Shown here piece by piece: positions 18,839-27,227 of a DNA stretch of 50,215 nucleotides. Source of the DNA: an uncultured Oligoflexus sp. (lineage in GTDB: Bacteria > Bdellovibrionota_B > Oligoflexia > Oligoflexales > Oligoflexaceae); the NCBI GenBank assembly GCA_964236955.1, contig CAXSGP010000027.1, positions 1-50,215 on the forward strand, given 5' to 3'. The translations under genes and the position numbers were made by a program. Under the pieces are notes generated by a model. The model made no database searches and had not been told where the DNA came from. It was given only the letters and a program-made list of their open reading frames with translations. The stretch's first letter is position 1; each line of letters begins with the position of its first letter.

Positions 18839-20071
18839 ATGAAAATACAAATCAGATTTTTTCCTAAAGTGAATACTTATCTTGGTTTCCCGACTGGTGA
18901 ACCGGCGACTGACGGTGACTCCCAAAAAGGCATCGCCATTATCCTCGCTCTTTTTATGATTACCCTGATGACTCTTTTCATGGCCGATATGCAGGTCAAT
19001 GCCGTGGTTGAAAGTGAGCTTGCTGTTGCCAACCGTGACAATCTCAAAGCCGAATACATCGCAAAATCCGGGGCAAACCTTGCCAATTTTCTCTTGAGCA
19101 TCGATCTCGCCATCGATTTAACCATGGCTGAAGTGCAGGGATCGGCGGCTACGGTTACCGATGGTCCCGGCGACATGTGGGGCCAGCTTAATGGCTTTCC
19201 TATCGGTGGGGATACGGCCGAACTCCTAGGCTCGCTCCAGGAAGGTTTTGATTTAAGCAAGGTCGCTGATTCGAAGGTTCTCGATACCTTTAAGCTCTTT
19301 GAAGGCCACTTCGTAATCAACGTCACCGACGAGTCCGCACGCCTGAACATCAACTACTGCGGTATTCGCTCCACGGAGCCTAAATGCAAGGCCGCCTTGA
19401 AAGCCCTGCTGAGCTGCCCCGCCGAACGGGAATATCTGGAGCGCAAAAAGCTTAACCCCGGCGAGGTCGTCGGCAATATTGTCGATTGGGTCGATGTCAC
19501 GTCCGAGGCGGATCCAGAAAGTGGGCACGGCAGCGAGGACGATCCTTATAGCAGTCGCGAGCCGAAGGTCAAACCGAAGAACTCATTTTTTGACAGTATC
19601 GACGAGCTCGAGGTGGTCGCCGGTTGGGATCGCGACATGCATAAAATATTTTCCCCCTTTCTGACTGTCTATCCCATGCCTTTGGAAGCGATGCGCGATA
19701 ATAAAGCCAACTCCAGTTTTCTCATCAACTTCAATACCGCTTCGCGTGAACTGCTCAATTGCCTCTTTCCTAAAGCGACGACCGAATGCGCCGAGAAATC
19801 AGCCCTTTACTCAGCCTATCGAGCCGACCAGGAACTGGCGAAAGACAGTCAGAGCATACAGAATACCCTGAAGGAGCAGTTTTGCGCGGACGATGAAAAT
19901 TCGAAGATATTTACTTATCGATCCGATGTTTATAGGGTAAACGTCACGGGCGAGTCGGGTCTTCAAACCAAGACCCTCGAATATGTGATCGCCCGTCAAA
20001 AACCTGACGATCAGGATTTAAAAAATCAATACAAGTCTTCAATGAAGTACCTGTACTGGAAAATGTTATAA
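18839..20071 (+). CDS. gspK: minor pseudopilin GspK
   Basis: KG|IAIILAL (no E5), AKSG, DESARLNIN, IVDWVD, FDSIDEL, INFNTA. Confidence 0.9.
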   Translation: MKIQIRFFPKVNTYLGFPTGEPATDGDSQKGIAIILALFMITLMTLFMADMQVNAVVESELAVANRDNLKAEYIAKSGANLANFLLSIDLAIDLTMAEVQGSAATVTDGPGDMWGQLNGFPIGGDTAELLGSLQEGFDLSKVADSKVLDTFKLFEGHFVINVTDESARLNINYCGIRSTEPKCKAALKALLSCPAEREYLERKKLNPGEVVGNIVDWVDVTSEADPESGHGSEDDPYSSREPKVKPKNSFFDSIDELEVVAGWDRDMHKIFSPFLTVYPMPLEAMRDNKANSSFLINFNTASRELLNCLFPKATTECAEKSALYSAYRADQELAKDSQSIQNTLKEQFCADDENSKIFTYRSDVYRVNVTGESGLQTKTLEYVIARQKPDDQDLKNQYKSSMKYLYWKML

Positions 20072-20165
20072 AATGGTTAGTAAAGGGTCGGTCTGGCCTA
20101 CTTGATTCCTAGCCGAGTCAGGTAAGCCTCAGTAATTGCCCAGTAAGAGGAACGGATTCCGCTAT

Positions 20166-21839
20166 ATGCAAAAAGTCATTGGTCTCGACATCGGTAGTTA
20201 TTCGATTAAAGCCATAGAAATTGTTAACACCTTCAAGTCCTATGAAGTGGTCAACTTTTATGAGGTCGTGATTCCCAACCTTGAAAGCGTGCCCCTCGAT
20301 GCGATCGTTCCCATTTGTATGGAACAGTTGTTTCAGGAGCATAACCTTCAGGCTGACCGGATTCTGACCGCCATGCCGGGTCAGTTCATCTCCTCGCGGG
20401 TTATCCCTTTCGCCTTTAATGACCCACGCAAAATTGCGGCCTCGATCGCTATCGAAATCGAGGAATATGTGCCGTTCAACATGGACGACATGATCATCGA
20501 TCATCAGATCCTTGGCGTGGCCAAGGGCAAGACCATGGCCCTCGCCGTCATGACCCGCAAGGCTTTCCTGCGTAACTTCCTCGACCTGCTTGGTCGTGTG
20601 AATATCGATCCCAAACTCGTCGATGTCGACAGTCTGGCTTTCTATAACCTCTCGCCCACTTTAAATATTCCTGACGACGAGTGCTACGCGCTGGTCGATG
20701 TCGGAAATGAAAAGACTTCGGTCTGTATCATCAAAGGCGGCGTCCTCCGCATGTTCCGTTCCATCAACCTGGGTGGACGCTACATTACCGATTTCCTGGC
20801 AAGGGATCTCGACGTCAACTTTCATGAAGCGCAACGAATCAAACATAGAGTCAGCAGCGTTTTTCATGGCAATTACCGGGGCGAGGACCTTTCTGAATCC
20901 GATCGCATGGTCTGCGAGCGCATAACCCTTGCGGCCAACGCCATCGTCAAGGAGCTGGGCCGAACGATCTATGCATTCAAGACCTGGGAAAGCCGTGAAC
21001 CCATTACCCGCATTATCCTCACCGGTGGTACCTCGCGGCTTCAGAACTTTGAAAAATTTCTCACCGACCAGCTGGAAATTCCGGTCGAGAAGTTCGATGT
21101 CTCCCGAACCAGCGTCAGCATTTCGGGAGAACTCATTCGCCGGCAGGAGATCCTGCCGCAAAGTTTGGCGATAGGCCTGCGTGCCGTCAATAATCTTAAA
21201 AATCATTCGCAGATCAACCTGCGACGCGGAGAGTTCTCCTACGTTCAGAACTACGAAGTGATCATGAGCGGAGCGGCGAAAGCCTTCAAGGTCATCTCGC
21301 TCGTCCTGGCTCTGCTGATGGTGACCTATGTGGTGAAGTATTACTTCTACAACAAACAAATCAACAAAGTTAAAGAGCAATACATCCAGGAATTTACGAG
21401 TAACTTCCCGGATCTTAAGAAGAAATATACGGCTCCCGGCATCGCCTTCAAAAAGCTGCGCGCGGATGCCGAGACCAAGTTAAAATCAAGCATTCGCGAT
21501 AAAAAGACCGCCGTCGATGAATTCAAACTCTCGACCAACGAAAGCGGTGCGGTATCGGTGATGAAGGAAATCTCGCAGGCCATCCCGAAGGAAACGAAAA
21601 TCGATGTCACCGAATTTGATTTTAAGACGACACTGCCTGGTCAGGGAAAGCTGATACTGCGTGCCGAGACCGATAACTTCGCCTCGCAGTCGGCGATTCT
21701 CGAGGCGCTCAACAAGATCAAAATTCTGCAAAACGTGCAGGAGAAGGCTTCGAGTGCCAAGCCCGGTTCCGAAGGCAAGGTCATCGAATTTACCGTTAAT
21801 GCCGACTACATTCATCCGTCTGCGGAGACAACTCTATGA
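20166..21839 (+). CDS. gspL: GspL with PilM/FtsA-like cytoplasmic domain plus TM and periplasmic domain
   Basis: IGLDIGSYSIK, LVDVG..KT, FRSINLGG, LTGGTSRL, then INLRRGEF, a TM and a periplasmic domain; ATG at 20166. Confidence 0.82.
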   Translation: MQKVIGLDIGSYSIKAIEIVNTFKSYEVVNFYEVVIPNLESVPLDAIVPICMEQLFQEHNLQADRILTAMPGQFISSRVIPFAFNDPRKIAASIAIEIEEYVPFNMDDMIIDHQILGVAKGKTMALAVMTRKAFLRNFLDLLGRVNIDPKLVDVDSLAFYNLSPTLNIPDDECYALVDVGNEKTSVCIIKGGVLRMFRSINLGGRYITDFLARDLDVNFHEAQRIKHRVSSVFHGNYRGEDLSESDRMVCERITLAANAIVKELGRTIYAFKTWESREPITRIILTGGTSRLQNFEKFLTDQLEIPVEKFDVSRTSVSISGELIRRQEILPQSLAIGLRAVNNLKNHSQINLRRGEFSYVQNYEVIMSGAAKAFKVISLVLALLMVTYVVKYYFYNKQINKVKEQYIQEFTSNFPDLKKKYTAPGIAFKKLRADAETKLKSSIRDKKTAVDEFKLSTNESGAVSVMKEISQAIPKETKIDVTEFDFKTTLPGQGKLILRAETDNFASQSAILEALNKIKILQNVQEKASSAKPGSEGKVIEFTVNADYIHPSAETTL

Positions 21840-22501
21840 GTGCGATTCAAGATATAAGAGATCAGATACAATCGCTCGTGTCGCGTGTCATATTTCAGGT
21901 ACGGCGCAGTCTGTTTGGAATGAACAACGAGCGCATTGACTTTATGATGGACAGTTTCTATAAACTATCCCCCCAGCACCAAACGGGTCTCCTTGCCGGC
22001 GTTGCCGGATGCCTGCTGGTGTTCGTGCTGGGAGCTTTCACCGTTTATTTCTCGCGCATCAACGCACTTGAAGATGAGCTGAACAGCAGTTTCGACGCTC
22101 TCCAGGAGGTTCGAAACCTCAATACGAGTTATGATCAGGAGCTTAAGCGCTATCAGGAACTCAAAAGCATAGTCGCCAGAAACTCGTCGGAGTTTAAACC
22201 AAAGCCTTATTTTGAAAGTAAATCGAATCAGGTCGGCGTGCAGATCCAGGATCTTCGTTCCCAGGATGCGGAGATTGCCGCTGACAGTCCGCTGTCGACT
22301 GATTTCCGGTATTCGACAGTTGAATTTCGCCTGCCGAAGGTTTCCCTGCCTCGATTGCTTAAGTTCATCGAGGAAGTCGAGAAAGGCAATCCAAGCCTGA
22401 ATTTTCACAGCTTGCAGATTCGAACCCGCTACGGCGATCGATTGTTCTTTGAAACCAATGCCAAGGTCGTGGCTTATAAAGTCGGTGGGGGGGCTAACTA
22501 A
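21836..22501 (+). CDS. gspM: type II secretion protein GspM-like
   Basis: KLSPQHQ before a TM, coiled coil, LLKFIEEVE; ATGA overlap with gspL. Confidence 0.72.
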   Translation: MSAIQDIRDQIQSLVSRVIFQVRRSLFGMNNERIDFMMDSFYKLSPQHQTGLLAGVAGCLLVFVLGAFTVYFSRINALEDELNSSFDALQEVRNLNTSYDQELKRYQELKSIVARNSSEFKPKPYFESKSNQVGVQIQDLRSQDAEIAADSPLSTDFRYSTVEFRLPKVSLPRLLKFIEEVEKGNPSLNFHSLQIRTRYGDRLFFETNAKVVAYKVGGGAN

Positions 22502-23455
22502 GTGTCAGAAGATGAAGATCTAGTGCCAAGGAAAAATTATCTGGTCTACCTTTGGTATACCGGGCTTTTTATCGTCAGTTTCCTTATATTCTTTCTCTTT
22601 ACCTTTCCCTATGGTGTGGTGAAGGAAGCGGTTTTGGGAGAAGTCGCGCAGGCGACCGGGCTCAATATCCGTGTCAAAGAAATTGGCCCCTCGTTTCCCA
22701 TCGGTATCGACGCCGAAGGCCTCAAGCTATCGACTCAAGACGGTGTGGCCCAAGTAGAATATCCCAGCGTGGACGTCACGGTTTCAGTCCTACCCCTCCT
22801 GATAGGACGGGTGACCTTCAATCTTGAACTTGTGTCAAAAAATAAAGGTCTTTTGGAAGCTTCCGTGACCTTCGGGCTCTTTCAGCTCATCGCCCGTAAG
22901 GATATGGTGCCAAGCTATTTTAGCCTTGAAGCCAAGGACTTCGAACTTGGACCGCTTGCCAATCTAGGACTTCTTGAGAAATCGAAGACGTCCAACGATA
23001 TGGTCAAGGATTTGATGACCCAAATCGTCTTTGCCGGCAATCTAAGCGGTTCCGCTGAAATCAAACTTGCCTCCAGCGAGCCGATTCAATCGACAGGCAA
23101 ACTCGATCTGCAGTTGAAAAAAGCCACCTTGGATTTGAATAACCCGAACCTCGTCGTGGCTCGTCAGAATTTTGAGAAGGCTTTGATCAAGGGTAACCTT
23201 CAAGGCGGTAAACTGACAATAGACCCGAATTCCGCCTTGAATTCCCAGGAACTCAAGGTGGCGTTCAAGGGTAACAGCGTTTTGCGCAATCCGATTGAAA
23301 GTTCCGTTCTTGATTTCGGCATAGGCATCAAACTCGAAGGGACCTTAAAGGACAACTTCGGTTTCATCATGAGTGTCATAGGCGGCAACGAAGTCGGGGT
23401 TAATTATGCGATTACCGGTAACATGGGGCGGCCTAATTTTCAAGGCAGTCCCTGA
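22502..23455 (+). CDS. gspN: type II secretion protein GspN
   Basis: TM followed by TFPY, SVLPLLIG, beta-rich body, terminal ITGNMGRP; last gene of the cluster. Confidence 0.82.
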   Translation: MSEDEDLVPRKNYLVYLWYTGLFIVSFLIFFLFTFPYGVVKEAVLGEVAQATGLNIRVKEIGPSFPIGIDAEGLKLSTQDGVAQVEYPSVDVTVSVLPLLIGRVTFNLELVSKNKGLLEASVTFGLFQLIARKDMVPSYFSLEAKDFELGPLANLGLLEKSKTSNDMVKDLMTQIVFAGNLSGSAEIKLASSEPIQSTGKLDLQLKKATLDLNNPNLVVARQNFEKALIKGNLQGGKLTIDPNSALNSQELKVAFKGNSVLRNPIESSVLDFGIGIKLEGTLKDNFGFIMSVIGGNEVGVNYAITGNMGRPNFQGSP

Positions 23456-23510
23456 TTTTCGTTGATTGGAGGTGAGCGTCGATAATTTCCGCAATGGCCT
23501 CCGGCGGTTA

Positions 23511-23593
23511 TCGAGGCTCTGCCTCGAGCTCCGCAAAGGGACAACCCATGTGTCCCTTTGAAAGCCCGCATTAGGACGGGCTTTCGCCCTTTT
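23511..23593 (+). terminator. three consecutive hairpins after gspN; probable terminator or repeat-like element
   Basis: TCGAGGC/GCCTCGA (23511-23527), CAAAGGGACA/TGTCCCTTTG (23534-23560), GAAAGCCCG/CGGGCTTTC (23560-23585), then pyrimidine/T-rich sequence. Confidence 0.6.
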
Positions 23594-23787
23594 ACCCGCT
23601 GATTTTTTTATCGTTCCCGACTTCTGCCTGAACTGATTTGTACTTTTTAGTCATTCCCCAACAAAAGACTCTATTAAATCCTTTCCTATACTGCTTTGCG
23701 GAGACAGGGCGTTCGTGTTGAAGGGCCCCCGCTGCTCCCGCTGAACAGACGGAACCCTCTCGTTTCTTTCGGTATCATGGCATCGGA

Positions 23788-23817
23788 TTGACACTGTCTT
23801 TAAAGCGCCCGTACAAT
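23788..23817 (+). promoter_or_regulatory. sigma70-type promoter candidate for the 23845 operon
   Basis: TTGACA-N18-TACAAT ending 27 bp before ATG 23845. Confidence 0.55.
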
Positions 23818-23844
23818 AGTAATATGTAGAAATAGGATCAAGGT

Positions 23845-24219
23845 ATGGATGAGTATTTCCTCCGGGCCGAAAGATTCTTGAAAGCGATTGCTTCACGAGC
23901 CGATCGGGCCCGCGAGGCTTTAGTTCAAGAGGATTGGGAAGGGTACGAGGAGGCCATGAAATGGAAGAACGCAGCCTTTCACCATTTCCGTGCCGCCGAC
24001 CATATCCTTCAAGAGAAGTATCCTGATTATCTGAAGGATGAGAGCTGGCTCGATCTATGGCACGCCGTGCAAGCCAGCGACAAAGCCCTGGCAGCGCAAA
24101 TCGAGGTTCACCAGTCGAGTTTAAGCCAGACGTTGATGAAAATTCGGAAGACAAAGGCTGCAGTAGGTCGGTATCACTCCGGCCGCCAAGAAGTATCTGG
24201 CTTTGAGGATGGTGTTTGA
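23845..24219 (+). CDS. small helical protein, FliT-like flagellar chaperone candidate
   Basis: 124 aa, predicted helical, EDWE early, C-terminal K..AV..Y pattern typical of FliT-like proteins. Confidence 0.55.
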   Translation: MDEYFLRAERFLKAIASRADRAREALVQEDWEGYEEAMKWKNAAFHHFRAADHILQEKYPDYLKDESWLDLWHAVQASDKALAAQIEVHQSSLSQTLMKIRKTKAAVGRYHSGRQEVSGFEDGV

Positions 24220-24257
24220 TGGCTGCGAAGAACGGCCTTATTTAGGAGGCAAGTTTC

Positions 24258-26114
24258 ATGGTGGAAGTAGTGGGCGTGAAAACTAAATTAGCTCTGGTTC
24301 TAGGTAGCGTACCCAGCGTGGAAGAAGTTGATTACTTCCGTCTGCTTAGCGAGACCTACGCCTTCAACGTGATAGCCTCGGAATCGATCTGTGGCTATCT
24401 CGCGCAAACCAGCTATTTTCATCAGCTGACCTGCATCGCCCTTCGCGATCATGACGAAAACCCGACCTTCCTCCCGGGACTGGAAAAGGTTTTAGAACAA
24501 TTTAGCATTGTCATCGTCAAAGAACGCCTGGGTCTTTACGCCTATCAAGTGCTTAAAGCCAAATGGCGTTTTCAGTTTAAATTACTGGTCTGGGTCGATA
24601 ACCTCGTGGCCTTTCCCGCCCATGACGTCGATCAAATGCGGACCATAAGAACTGAAGTTACCAACGCTGCCGACAGCTTTCTCGTGCAATCCAATGCGGC
24701 CCGCGTCGCCCTTGAACTCGAAGGTGTTGCCTCAAATCGTATCCAGCTCTTTACACCCTGGATTCAAGAGCGAAACGATCGCTCCCCTGCCGGTCGCAGT
24801 CTGGCCCGAGGCGCTCTTGGTCTTTCCGAAAGCGATCTCATCATCGCCTATCTGGGCCAGATCGAATGGGAAGAAGGCCTTTCCGACCTTATCGCCGCGA
24901 GCAAGCTGCTCATCAATCGTGAGGCTTCCCTCAGGGCAAAACTTCGCATCGTGATCTGCGGCGTAGGAACTTTCTCGACCGACATGCGCGACATCATCAA
25001 GGCGATGGGTCTCGAGGATAACGTGGTTTATTACGCTCCCATGCGTGACGCCAACCGGGCGATTCAACAAGCCTGTGACATGGTCTATATTGCGCCTATC
25101 GCTTCGCGCGATCGAGTCGAAGGCGACCCCTATCGCATCCTTTCTGCTATGGTCCATGGCATTCCCCTGTTGGCTGCGCGCACACCTTTGGCCGAAGAAT
25201 ATTGCGGCAAACACCGCATCGATTTCTGCCCAGGATCTCCCGTCAGCATCGCCAAAGCCGTGCAGCGTATTCGTTCCATGCCTCACGTCGTGCTAGATAT
25301 CGTCGCTAAAAACCAACAGGAAGTCGCCTCGCGATTCACAGCTGATAAAGCCCGCGAGAGTCTTCTCAAGGCCATGACGAATTATATTCGCACTGACGTG
25401 ACTCAAAGTCTTTCCAGCCTCGACATTCGGGTGCTTGAAATCGAGTCTAAAGTTAAAAGTAAGCTTTATCTCGAAGCCGTGGATCTGATCGAGTCCGTCT
25501 TCAAAATGGATCAGGTGCCCGTGCATCATCGAGCCAATCTCTATCGACTCATCGGCGATTGTTTTGCCAAACTCGGTGATATCGATGGGGCGAAAGATGC
25601 CTATAATCACGGTGCGGAACTCGACCCCTATTCACCCAAAATCTTCATCGGCCTTGGTACGGTTGGGCTCATGAAAGGCAGCAACGACGTGGCCGTTCTC
25701 CATCTGCAAAAAGCGGTTAATCTCGCTCCCGACGATGAGATGGCGAACTTTGGCCTTGGCCTTGCCTTTCAAGGCATGGGCGAGCAAAAAGAGGCCGCAC
25801 GCTGGATCAATAAAGCCCTTGCCATCAATCCCGAAAATACCGCAGCCATTTTTTCCATCGTTCGGATCGCGCATGAGACGACAGGCTATGAAGACGCCAT
25901 CCGCGCGATCGAATCTTATCTCAAGATCAATCCCAACGATTATAACTTTATCTATACCCTCGGCGGCCTATACTTCAAAACCGGGCAATTTGAAATTTGC
26001 GCGCGCTTGATGCAGGTGATTACCGAAGCTGATCCCAAAGATAAACGCGCAGCTGCCCTCGCCAAGCAGGCGACAGCTGAACTGGAGCACAAGGCCTCAT
26101 CTTCGAATGGTTAA
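24258..26114 (+). CDS. GT4-like glycosyltransferase fused to C-terminal TPR repeats
   Basis: YLGQIEWEEGLSDLI, LRIVICGVG, EGDPYRILSAMVHGIPLLA (GT4-like); multiple TPR motifs (AELDPY, AVNLAPDD, ALAINPEN); AGGAGG RBS. Confidence 0.85.
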   Translation: MVEVVGVKTKLALVLGSVPSVEEVDYFRLLSETYAFNVIASESICGYLAQTSYFHQLTCIALRDHDENPTFLPGLEKVLEQFSIVIVKERLGLYAYQVLKAKWRFQFKLLVWVDNLVAFPAHDVDQMRTIRTEVTNAADSFLVQSNAARVALELEGVASNRIQLFTPWIQERNDRSPAGRSLARGALGLSESDLIIAYLGQIEWEEGLSDLIAASKLLINREASLRAKLRIVICGVGTFSTDMRDIIKAMGLEDNVVYYAPMRDANRAIQQACDMVYIAPIASRDRVEGDPYRILSAMVHGIPLLAARTPLAEEYCGKHRIDFCPGSPVSIAKAVQRIRSMPHVVLDIVAKNQQEVASRFTADKARESLLKAMTNYIRTDVTQSLSSLDIRVLEIESKVKSKLYLEAVDLIESVFKMDQVPVHHRANLYRLIGDCFAKLGDIDGAKDAYNHGAELDPYSPKIFIGLGTVGLMKGSNDVAVLHLQKAVNLAPDDEMANFGLGLAFQGMGEQKEAARWINKALAINPENTAAIFSIVRIAHETTGYEDAIRAIESYLKINPNDYNFIYTLGGLYFKTGQFEICARLMQVITEADPKDKRAAALAKQATAELEHKASSSNG

Positions 26115-26189
26115 TCCTCGTGGACCTGCCTTCGTCTTCGCTGCCGCCTTCGCCCGCTTCTGAGGCTGTTTTTTTAAGAGGTACTCGAG

Positions 26190-26870
26190 ATGCTGAAGAG
26201 AATCACCTTAAACGGCAGACGGATTCCCGTCCCTGTCCCCATCCGAGACCTGGTGGAAGCCATTCAGTGGGTGCAAAAGCATCTGCTCCGGCCGGATCAT
26301 GCGATTACCCGCATCGAGCTCAATGGTGCCGATGTCGATTTCTCAAATGATGGAGAATGCCAAGTCTATCCCCTTCGCCTCGAGGAAGGTTCGGATCTTC
26401 GTATCAAGATCGATTCCCCGCACGAGATCTGTCGGCAGACCCTCGATGTCCTCCGCAATCTAAGCAGTGTCGTCGGACGCAATCTAAAGCCTATCGCGGT
26501 TCAGTTGTGGGAACATAAGGGCGCGCGCCTGCCGCCGGAAGCTGCGGCAATTTTCGACGATCTAGGCCTGATGCAGGAACTTCTCGACCATATACTCGTC
26601 CTCCTCGACAAACGCGTCGACGCCACCAATGTTTGCTCGATTCAGGCCGCCATCCATAAAGCGATTACGGCGATGAACTTTGCCGTTCAAGGCACCGATT
26701 GGAAGGCCGTAGCCAAAGTACTGCTGAACCAGGTGGAAGGCCCCGCCCTTGAACTTGCCGGTGAGCTGACGAGCGTGGAAAAGGTTATTTTTGAACTCTT
26801 GGCGGATCGAAGCGGAAACAATGAAAGACCCAAGAGGGCTCTTGGATCATCATCGATCGCAGGACGCTAA
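26190..26870 (+). CDS. hypothetical protein resembling those in flagellin glycosylation (maf) loci
   Basis: ITLNG...ITRIELNG N-terminus and a helical C-terminus with A...DWKAVAKVL..QV..P; family assignment from recall. Confidence 0.6.
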   Translation: MLKRITLNGRRIPVPVPIRDLVEAIQWVQKHLLRPDHAITRIELNGADVDFSNDGECQVYPLRLEEGSDLRIKIDSPHEICRQTLDVLRNLSSVVGRNLKPIAVQLWEHKGARLPPEAAAIFDDLGLMQELLDHILVLLDKRVDATNVCSIQAAIHKAITAMNFAVQGTDWKAVAKVLLNQVEGPALELAGELTSVEKVIFELLADRSGNNERPKRALGSSSIAGR

Positions 26871-26886
26871 AATCGGGTTTTTCCAG

Positions 26887-27081
26887 TCACTGCGATAGAA
26901 GACGCGCTATCTGCCGGTCGAGATCATCAGCGAAGTTGGTGAGCCGGCGGGCTAGAACGCTTTTCAGCGGGTCTCCTGGCTCATTCTCAGGTCCTTTGAT
27001 CTCATCTAACAAAGATCTGTCCCGGTCGGTGACGAGTCGGAGCTCCGGTCTCGCTCGCAAGGGTTTTGAACTGTCATCCAT
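26887..27081 (-). CDS. small hypothetical protein (64 aa)
   Basis: GGAGAGG RBS before ATG 27081 (MDDSSKPLRARPELRLV...), amphipathic C-terminal helix. Confidence 0.5.
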   Translation of the reverse strand: MDDSSKPLRARPELRLVTDRDRSLLDEIKGPENEPGDPLKSVLARRLTNFADDLDRQIARLLSQ

Positions 27082-27167
27082 CCTGGACCTCTCCACAGTG
27101 AATGGCAAATTCATCCTAAAACTTGCCGCATTCCTACTCCTCGGAAGATCATGGCCCAGATTTAACC

Positions 27168-27192
27168 AAAAAAAGACCCCAAGTGGGGTCTT
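27168..27192 (-). terminator. intrinsic terminator of fusA
   Basis: AAGACCCC-aagt-GGGGTCTT stem with an A run on + (U tract on -), just downstream of the fusA stop. Confidence 0.85.
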
Positions 27193-27227
27193 CTTTGCAA
27201 GTCGCCGGGAATAGACAGCTAAATCTA

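Noticed and set aside
23778..23793. TGGCATCGGATTGAC as a sigma54 promoter
   Set aside because: No GC at -12; better explained as overlapping a TTGACA -35 box
23651..24154. 167-aa minus-strand ORF and the many other short antisense or nested ORFs in the track
   Set aside because: Shadow frames of well-supported genes, without motifs or RBS support
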